Shown: piece after piece, positions 58,201 through 64,000 of the stretch | Layout of the letters: every line of letters starts with the position of its first letter | Numbering within the stretch: position 1 is the first letter of the stretch | NCBI GenBank assembly: GCA_050294405.1 | Contig: JBNKOC010000007.1 | Location: forward strand, 96,001-160,000 | Length of the DNA stretch: 64,000 bases | Reading direction: 5' to 3' | Source of the DNA: Fibrobacteria bacterium | GTDB lineage: Bacteria > Fibrobacterota > Fibrobacteria > UBA11236 > JADFYW01 | The notes under the pieces: generated by a model | Database searches by the model: none | The model's input: only the letters and a program-made list of their open reading frames with translations | What the model was told of the DNA's origin: nothing | Program-made: the position numbers and the translations under genes

Positions 58201-59339
58201 AAGTCTGTAACTTCTGGAGCTCCCTCAATGGGTTCTGGAGTTGTGGCGGCTTCCCCCTCTTGAGGTTCGTTGACGGAATCATATTCTCCTGCAACTCTCT
58301 CAGTATCTCCACTAACATTGTCGTTGAGTTCTCCCCCGGCTTCCCTTGCCATTTCCTCAGGGTCCGCGTCCACAAGGCGATCTTCATCGGGTGGCCGCTT
58401 GGATTCAATCATGTCTTTAATGCGGTCGCAAAGCTCTTCAATTTCGGGGCTGGGTTCCGGACGTTCCCCCAAGGCATCTACGAGTGCCCCTTCGGCGCGG
58501 GCATTGCTTTCTTCACTTGGCTCTTCCACAGCAGCCCTGGCCTCAGCCACTCCCTCATCGGCAGAAGGCATTTCAGCTGCTGAGGCGGCTGCACCTCCCG
58601 CTGCTCCCTGGGAAGCGGATACACGGGCGTTCTCCTCTTCGTTTAATTCCATCTCGGGCTCGGGCATGATGATTTCAACTTCACCCCCTCCACCGGCTGG
58701 AGCTCCACCACCACCGGCTCCGCCGCCGCCTCCTCCGCTGGCTTCAACTTCTCCGGCCCCCGCATCTTCCGGAACTTCCTCGACCACTGATGTTTCTTCT
58801 TTTGGAGTTTCGGCATCGATTTCACTTTCCGCTGGCGTGGCAACATCGGGGATATTGCCACCTTCGCCCGCTCCCCCGGAACCGCCGTTGCCGCTGACTT
58901 CTATTTCTTCTACTCCCCCAGTTTCAGTGGGTTCCTCTGCACCAGGAACAGAGGAAGCAGACTCTGGCTGCTCTGTTTCCACAACTTTGCTTTCTCCGGA
59001 AGCGGTCCCCTCCTCTCCAGGCGGAGCAGACATGCCAGGGGGCTCAATAGCTTTGGACTCCGGTCCTTGTGGTTCTTTACTTTGATAATTGCGAATTACT
59101 TTTTGGGTATATTCATTCCCAAAGCCATCCTGCATTTTGGCAACAACATTAGCCTGAGCCAACACTCCAGCTGGAGCAGCATTTTGCAACATGCGGGCCC
59201 CGGAATCAACAGAAGCCACGGGTGATAGGCTGTTTAATTCCTTAACACCCTCTTCGACCTCGCTGTCTTTTTCGGGGCTCTCACCTACAGCCGTTTTTTC
59301 GGCCTGTAAATCCTCCGTGGTTTCTTCAAAATCCGGCAA
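55287..59339 (-). CDS. Large eCIS-associated effector-like protein with C-terminal HNH-type nuclease
   Basis: Acidic low-complexity N-terminus (QDGFGNEY), coiled coils, hydrophobic region (FNPAGAIVQAIEAIYKVLKW), C-terminal DGDHVVEMQVGG...NLWPLDASENRSSG. Confidence 0.72.
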   Translation of the reverse strand: MPDFEETTEDLQAEKTAVGESPEKDSEVEEGVKELNSLSPVASVDSGARMLQNAAPAGVLAQANVVAKMQDGFGNEYTQKVIRNYQSKEPQGPESKAIEPPGMSAPPGEEGTASGESKVVETEQPESASSVPGAEEPTETGGVEEIEVSGNGGSGGAGEGGNIPDVATPAESEIDAETPKEETSVVEEVPEDAGAGEVEASGGGGGGAGGGGAPAGGGGEVEIIMPEPEMELNEEENARVSASQGAAGGAAASAAEMPSADEGVAEARAAVEEPSEESNARAEGALVDALGERPEPSPEIEELCDRIKDMIESKRPPDEDRLVDADPEEMAREAGGELNDNVSGDTERVAGEYDSVNEPQEGEAATTPEPIEGAPEVTDLGDLNAEAAIPNEVPAEEVNLDTDRELQAQAISDANMDTDVAAESRRGDPGGHIDNAMSTQEELGEMAERDPAEVLAEQNEARVQAGAEMASLQTQALEALQAARSDSVSNVGGQQVDMTGSEAEIRRQLSQRSQEIFSSARTRVNELLTPLPQTAMGLWETGVATLSTEFEQHLQRVADWIEERHSGVGGAVVGVWDAVAGLPDWVTDEYDDAEQAFADGVCDLIRNISRQVNGVVAACQTIIANAQRDIDNLFSQEMPESLRAWAEAERANMQGELNGLSEQAENTRRDFNQQLIQSASQAVDDARTRIHELRQAARGLIGQIQDAIAAFLDDPFKFIIEGLLKLVGIPPPSFWALIAKIGDVIEDIANDPVTFGQNLLRGVGQGFQQFFDNIGTHLLEGFIDWLFSGLGSVGVQIPPDFSLKSLITFFLQLMGITWPRIREVLVREIGEQNVALLEQVWELVTVLIEEGPEGIFNMIEPYLDPANILDMIIDAAIDFLVEALVANVTPRIIALFNPAGAIVQAIEAIYKVLKWIFENAARIFSFVESVVNGMADVMAGNIAGVANNVELALKRLIVPVIDFVAGYVGLSGLPDFIAEQVKRLQSFVWPFVERAVVAVVNVGRRALAAIGLGGGEEEEEDDDGDYDGQIGKTVRFSAAGESHRLWIETNGTDAVLKVASTPKTLDEQLDEYTRLAQDLDEEEKTTVTGHISTARDLGNQINNQADTLAANVQNPNSDPDANSSADDAVESKEQQLAGVLRQIEEILGLADEEWGTSENPLGLDWPKRASAAYPTMYFGPKAGRTQIPQSVLAAGDKEKIKEDYLTTRQATRWENAGEPLESFSPHGRKQLPMGGITLGVSSPNRVSVGKKFKLTPGSTEGAGWYNNKLKAYGFSPAVEYMDGDHVVEMQVGGRNVEENLWPLDASENRSSGSTLSRADFRKSNGDTVPMSEVKTEAAQREVWFRIDSTL

Positions 59340-59364
59340 GACAACTCTTTGATGTTAATGGATT

Positions 59365-62364
59365 TTACTTCTTTTTCTTCTTCATAAAACGGGCTAACGC
59401 AATAATCAGCACCACAATAACAATGATAATCCAGACCCAAGTGGGCAGGACAACATTAACATCGGACCCCATCCCCCCTTTTAAGGAAACTGGCTGGCTT
59501 TCTATATTGCCAATGGAAACCGCAACAGAAGGGTTGGCATCTTTTGAAAACTGTACCAGTTGGGAGTAACTGCCGTCGTAATTATCCGCCAAGGGACCCA
59601 TTGTTTTGAGGTTGGTGTAAGAGAGTGTGATTTCTTCTGCCCTGCCCATTCCAAACTTGTTGCCTTGGGCATCTTCGGGAGTAAAAGTCACTAGCTTACT
59701 CAACATGCCTTCGGGAACAGGTTCATTTATCATTTCCACTAAAGATGCAGGAAAAAACGGTTTGGCCGCCGCGGCTTCCCATTGTACAGCCTTTCCCAAT
59801 AATTCGGCATTCAATTTAATATCCACCATAGTCGCAAAGGAAAACTCTCTTTCGAAACACTCCGCTTTGTCGTTAAGCCCTATGACAGAAACTAAAATGT
59901 TATGTAATCCATCTGCCAGAGCAGCTTCAAGTGGGAGGCGGTAAGAGCTTTTTATTTCTTGCTTTGAAGTCTCGGCGATTAACCCGGCAAGCCCTGCAGT
60001 AGCGCTAGACCTCATGTTTTTTGCATGGGACATTTCTCCACGTAAAGAGCTTTGCTTGTATTCATGGAGCAGCTTGGCCTGATTTTCGTTCATATTCCCA
60101 AATTCTTTTTTAATCACTTTTGTCTTAGGGTCGAAGGGTTGCTTCAAAAAGTGGTTCAATACATATTGTTTCTTTTGTGCTGGACCCATTTCTAAAAGCA
60201 AATCATCTGGTATACGTGCTAAATCTTCGGGAGATATAGAGGTGTTGGCCAAGTAGTTGTTGTAGGAGTTGGTGGGTTGGCTGATTTGCGCCACTAAATT
60301 GGCGTTGGCCATGCCATAATTTCCCTTAGCCAGGGCCAATTCAAAAAAGCCAGCCTCGCCTATAAAATCCCAAGTAAATTTTGGCTCTGTTTTCATACGG
60401 TCCATAGCATATATCTGATAAACATAATCCGTGGACTGATTCCCTCGCAGATGTATTTTCCAGGCTCCGATACCATCTTCTCCCTCTAGGAATTTACCCC
60501 GTACAATGTAATCCTTAAAAGTCTCGCCGGATATATAGCTAACATGCTTACCATGACCGGAAACCGTAGCCGGGGTTAACTTGATGCCAAACGGCGTTTC
60601 AATTTCAACATTTACAGCGTTGTTGTCTTTTTCCGTCCAGTGAACAGAAAAAACCAATTGATAAGCCGAAGAACTCACACAGATTTCATGGGTTTTATTC
60701 TCACCAGCATTTATGTGGCCAGATGGATCTTTTAATGTTTCAAGATCTAAAACTTCGCCAAGGGCTTTTTTAAATTGTGTTTGTAACTCCGCTTCATCTG
60801 TAATATCTGCCGGAAAAGTTTCTCCTCCGGAATTGCTGGCAATATTTTCATAGGTCGTCATCCAACCTTCCCCTGTAGCTCCGTAGGGAATAGTATAAAA
60901 AGGAACATCTCCATTCTGAAAAGTACTCCAATTATACCAATCATCAGGATCTCTTCTAGGAGCATCTGATAGACAATCGGGATGCTGCTGACCATCGCCA
61001 AATAAAAACACCGCAGCCCGGCTGTTTTCCGCTACTGGATAAAGCACATCCCAAGCCCTTTTTATACCCTCAGCTAGAGGAGTGGCGTAATTTCCAGCAT
61101 CAATAAGATCTCCGTGCCCTAAGTTTACGTTCAGGTGATTTCTATATCCTTGAATATTTGTTTCCATCACACTCATATTAATGTGCTGTTCACTTGATGG
61201 GCACGCATATGCTTCGCCCGTAGCAGGATAAGAATAAAGCCCCATTTTGGCCGTAGGTAATATGCCGTTGTACAACTCTGCTAACTCAAGTGCAGCAATA
61301 CGAGCCAGATATATCTTCTCTTCCTCCTCTACATCTGTACTTTGGCCATTTTTATCATCTTCCATACTCCCAGAGAGGTCCACTACCATGGCGGAGCGCA
61401 ATTCAATTCCCCTGGCTCCCGAAAGGTCCAGGGAATAATTTCCCGCATTAGTGGTCAAAGTTATGCCCGGGTCTGCAATAGCCCCCAGTGAAGTGGGATG
61501 GCATTCTACGGTGCGCTGAAAGGGATTCATAGGCAGTATATTAGTGGGAGCAGCGGGGTAACTGTCAATTATAAAAGGACCGGCTGGCAGAGGAAAGGGA
61601 TTTACTGCGGTAATTTCCAAAGGGGCAGTTCCTATATTTAAAAACTCCCAGGCTTCCTTTGGCCTGTATTCATCGTCCAGATTGATATGCACATCTCCAA
61701 AATCAATAGCGTAAGAACTTGGCAAAGATGTATAGGGTCCGGTTGTAATTTGCGCCGGTGATATGTACTCAATAGGATAGGGTTTGGTTATCAAAGGCTC
61801 AGCTGCCGATTCCAGCACGCTGTCCACCCGAAACCCAAAATAGGCATCTGTTGTGGCGGTGGAGTTTACCTGGATTTTCCAAATTTCGCCGTCGGGAAAA
61901 GAGTCGTAGTTATTATTAAAACGAACCAGAATAGTTACCACACGATAACCTGCTGCCACTGCATCTCCTACAAATCGCGCTCTGACCGTAGCGGCTTCAA
62001 CACCTTCATCACTGTCCTGGACAGATGCATTGGCTCCGCCACCTGCTGTGGTAAATGCGGTAACATTGTACTTAGCCAAAGGCGATGTTGTGGAACGAAG
62101 TTCAAAGGAAAGATCGTCTGTAGGCTCATTTACCACAAATTTGGCCATCATCACCCTTCTTTCCGCGCAAGGCGAAGGGTCGCAGGGCTCAGGCATGGGG
62201 AAGTTAAAAAAGTCCGCAAGTGGATCTCCCCCGGCAAGAATAAACTGAATGTGATCCGAAACTGAGGGTGCAGCAACAGTCCGGACAGGACCCACATACA
62301 GAAAAAACCCTGCTAGCATTAGGCAAAGCAAAGCTGCCCGGTTAGATATTTTCTGGACTAACAT
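59365..62364 (-). CDS. Exported vWA-domain protein with Ig-like domains and C-terminal membrane anchor
   Basis: Signal peptide; IDFGDV...NIGTAPLEIT Ig-like module; MIDAS VVDLSGSM, TPL, FGDG; C-terminal TM + KKKKK. Confidence 0.8.
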   Translation of the reverse strand: MLVQKISNRAALLCLMLAGFFLYVGPVRTVAAPSVSDHIQFILAGGDPLADFFNFPMPEPCDPSPCAERRVMMAKFVVNEPTDDLSFELRSTTSPLAKYNVTAFTTAGGGANASVQDSDEGVEAATVRARFVGDAVAAGYRVVTILVRFNNNYDSFPDGEIWKIQVNSTATTDAYFGFRVDSVLESAAEPLITKPYPIEYISPAQITTGPYTSLPSSYAIDFGDVHINLDDEYRPKEAWEFLNIGTAPLEITAVNPFPLPAGPFIIDSYPAAPTNILPMNPFQRTVECHPTSLGAIADPGITLTTNAGNYSLDLSGARGIELRSAMVVDLSGSMEDDKNGQSTDVEEEEKIYLARIAALELAELYNGILPTAKMGLYSYPATGEAYACPSSEQHINMSVMETNIQGYRNHLNVNLGHGDLIDAGNYATPLAEGIKRAWDVLYPVAENSRAAVFLFGDGQQHPDCLSDAPRRDPDDWYNWSTFQNGDVPFYTIPYGATGEGWMTTYENIASNSGGETFPADITDEAELQTQFKKALGEVLDLETLKDPSGHINAGENKTHEICVSSSAYQLVFSVHWTEKDNNAVNVEIETPFGIKLTPATVSGHGKHVSYISGETFKDYIVRGKFLEGEDGIGAWKIHLRGNQSTDYVYQIYAMDRMKTEPKFTWDFIGEAGFFELALAKGNYGMANANLVAQISQPTNSYNNYLANTSISPEDLARIPDDLLLEMGPAQKKQYVLNHFLKQPFDPKTKVIKKEFGNMNENQAKLLHEYKQSSLRGEMSHAKNMRSSATAGLAGLIAETSKQEIKSSYRLPLEAALADGLHNILVSVIGLNDKAECFEREFSFATMVDIKLNAELLGKAVQWEAAAAKPFFPASLVEMINEPVPEGMLSKLVTFTPEDAQGNKFGMGRAEEITLSYTNLKTMGPLADNYDGSYSQLVQFSKDANPSVAVSIGNIESQPVSLKGGMGSDVNVVLPTWVWIIIVIVVLIIALARFMKKKKK

Positions 62365-62414
62365 AGAAATCCTCCTGTCAAATTGATTTTGAATTTGTTA
62401 AAAATGTTTCCTCA

Positions 62415-63866
62415 TTAATCGTCATACTCAAAAGGAAGAGTATCGGACTGGGTGTTAAAGGTTAAAGTAAGATCCACCACTTCAGTATTGCCCCAGGGAG
62501 TCCCCGTTCTATCTGGGATGGTGATACGGACTACCTGATCGCCGGAAATATTTGGTCGGGCAATGATGTTAAGAGCCGGTTTGGAATTAGGACCACGATG
62601 CAATACAACATTTGTTCCAACTGCTGGGTCATTAGCCGCAATTAAAGGATCCCTGATATTAGTGCCACGAATATCAATAGTAGCGCCGGAAATTTGCAAG
62701 GAAGGTGTAAGGCTAATAAGATTGACTGGTGCCGCAGCCGCATCCACACTAAAGGCTTGCGGTCCCACTCCGCTACTTGTATCGTTTCCTCCAGGATTCA
62801 CCACTGTAAAGGTTCTGGCTCCCACAGGAGCTGCCCCATTGGCGGTGATAGATATGGGAAGGTTACCAGGAGTGGCTCCCGGTAAAATAACGGCTGTTAC
62901 TCCAACTCCGGAAAAGGTCACCGAATTTACCGTATCCAGGTTAGAGCCGGAAATATTTGCCGGGATAGAAGCCCCCTGAGTTATGTTATGCACATCAATA
63001 CCCGTAATAACAGGAGGGACAAACACGGCCAATACAGAAAATGTTACTCCTCCCGGACTGGCAGCCACACCGGAGGGTGTCGTCACTGTAAAAGTTTTCG
63101 TTCCAACAGTCGCCGCCAAACCAACAGTCACTTGAATTTCCACTGTGGTTGCCGTAGTGGTTCCAATAACAGCTGTTACAGCAGGATCGCTAAATGTCAC
63201 CGCCGTGGCGCCTGAAAGATTAGTACCCTGAATAGTACAAGTGACAGGAGCTCCGCCGGGAATTCCCGCATTGGTGCCTGTAAGTCCCGAAATTGTCGGC
63301 AATGAGGGCGCTACAGCAATAAGGCTGGCTCTCAACCTGGCATCTTGCCTAGCTCCGGGAGATATCCCCATACTGTCATAGTCAATTTCCCCTAATATGA
63401 TATATGGCTCTCCATTGGGAGAAGCTCCGGGAACGGACCCATTGTGAATTTCCAGTACGGCATTTTCCCTTACACGGGTATCACCGTCGATTTCACCTTC
63501 GGAGGGTGGATCTTTTAATGTTTCTTCTTCATAACGAATGGTAACAACGGCTGTCTGGCCGGCCCCTATCCCCTGGGCATCCAGGTCATATTCCTGATCC
63601 ACGAACAAGATGGACTCCTTTCCCTCCTGCTGAGTGGCATGAATTCCCAGAGCCATGCCAGCACGGACCCTAAAAGTCTTCTGAACTGCATCCACCACTT
63701 CCAACGTCAGATCAGAGGGGTTAATAGGTAAAACGCCGGATTGTTCGAACAGAAAAAAGTTCATACGCCTGCGCATATGCAGGTGGTATATCTGTTCTTC
63801 CTGAAATTCCAATTCCTTTAGAAACTGGCCATCAAAAAAATTTACCCGTTTAATTTCCGTAGGCAT
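62415..63866 (-). CDS. Tail-fibre/baseplate-associated protein with IPT/TIG repeats (eCIS-like)
   Basis: N-terminal KRVNFFDGQFL...F.EEQ.YH...RR.N; repeated I.GTNL...T.VTFS...TFTV..P.G Ig-like units. Confidence 0.7.
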   Translation of the reverse strand: MPTEIKRVNFFDGQFLKELEFQEEQIYHLHMRRRMNFFLFEQSGVLPINPSDLTLEVVDAVQKTFRVRAGMALGIHATQQEGKESILFVDQEYDLDAQGIGAGQTAVVTIRYEEETLKDPPSEGEIDGDTRVRENAVLEIHNGSVPGASPNGEPYIILGEIDYDSMGISPGARQDARLRASLIAVAPSLPTISGLTGTNAGIPGGAPVTCTIQGTNLSGATAVTFSDPAVTAVIGTTTATTVEIQVTVGLAATVGTKTFTVTTPSGVAASPGGVTFSVLAVFVPPVITGIDVHNITQGASIPANISGSNLDTVNSVTFSGVGVTAVILPGATPGNLPISITANGAAPVGARTFTVVNPGGNDTSSGVGPQAFSVDAAAAPVNLISLTPSLQISGATIDIRGTNIRDPLIAANDPAVGTNVVLHRGPNSKPALNIIARPNISGDQVVRITIPDRTGTPWGNTEVVDLTLTFNTQSDTLPFEYDD

Positions 63867-63876
63867 TTTGCCCTCC

Positions 63877-63999
63877 TCATATTTTACTGGAGTCTTTCCA
63901 GATTAAAGTGTCTTCCCCAATTGTGGAGCGGGCCTTTCCCAATGGATGTGTGGGACCACCCACAATAATCCCCGGAGCCCGAGCCCTTAGATGGTAATA
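63877..63999 (-). CDS. C-terminal fragment of a phage-tail/baseplate-like protein (runs off the window end)
   Basis: Hand translation YYHLRARAPGIIVGG...RSTIGEDTLIW...*, resembling the STIG.DT.l ending of eCIS P2-gpI-like tail proteins. Confidence 0.45.
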   Translation of the reverse strand, partial: YYHLRARAPGIIVGGPTHPLGKARSTIGEDTLIWKDSSKI

Positions 64000-64000
64000 G

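Noticed and set aside
57340..59085. Plus-strand ORFs of 179-271 aa opposite the effector
   Set aside because: Antisense shadows of a low-complexity GC-rich coding region
1..64000. tRNA, rRNA or IS transposase genes
   Set aside because: None recognised by eye; a tRNAscan/Rfam/ISfinder run would be needed to exclude them formally

Overview
Bacterial chromosomal window. The host is probably an FCB-group, Fibrobacterota-like polysaccharide degrader; this is inferred from GH5/GH43/CE6 genes, not from a marker gene. Left (1-14.8 kb): envelope sugar enzymes, a metal-uptake operon preceded by a CxxC/RAPP leader ORF, and czcCBA. Centre (14.9-47 kb): about 40 mostly short, co-oriented minus-strand accessory genes ending at a tyrosine recombinase (45774-46976). 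This is the main discovery, an integron-like cassette system. An attI-like site lies just past the 3' end of the integrase. It is followed by attC-like hairpins of fixed length (131-132 bp) whose mismatches are mostly G.T pairs on the bottom strand, and in five cassettes the start is the reverse complement of the end. The integrase lacks the IntI-specific insertion and instead has an extra N-terminal domain. Cassettes include a two-component system, an Mrr-like nuclease and a 4.6-kb four-gene glycosyltransferase/radical SAM/kinase-methyltransferase operon. The attC-like sites decay with distance from the integrase. At 49.0-49.5 kb there is a collapsed ~440-bp copy of the integrase locus. Right (49.5-64 kb): lipoproteins, a GH5 and the distal end of a probable contractile injection system (eCIS) locus with a large HNH-tipped effector. 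All family calls come from motif recognition by eye; no searches were run.
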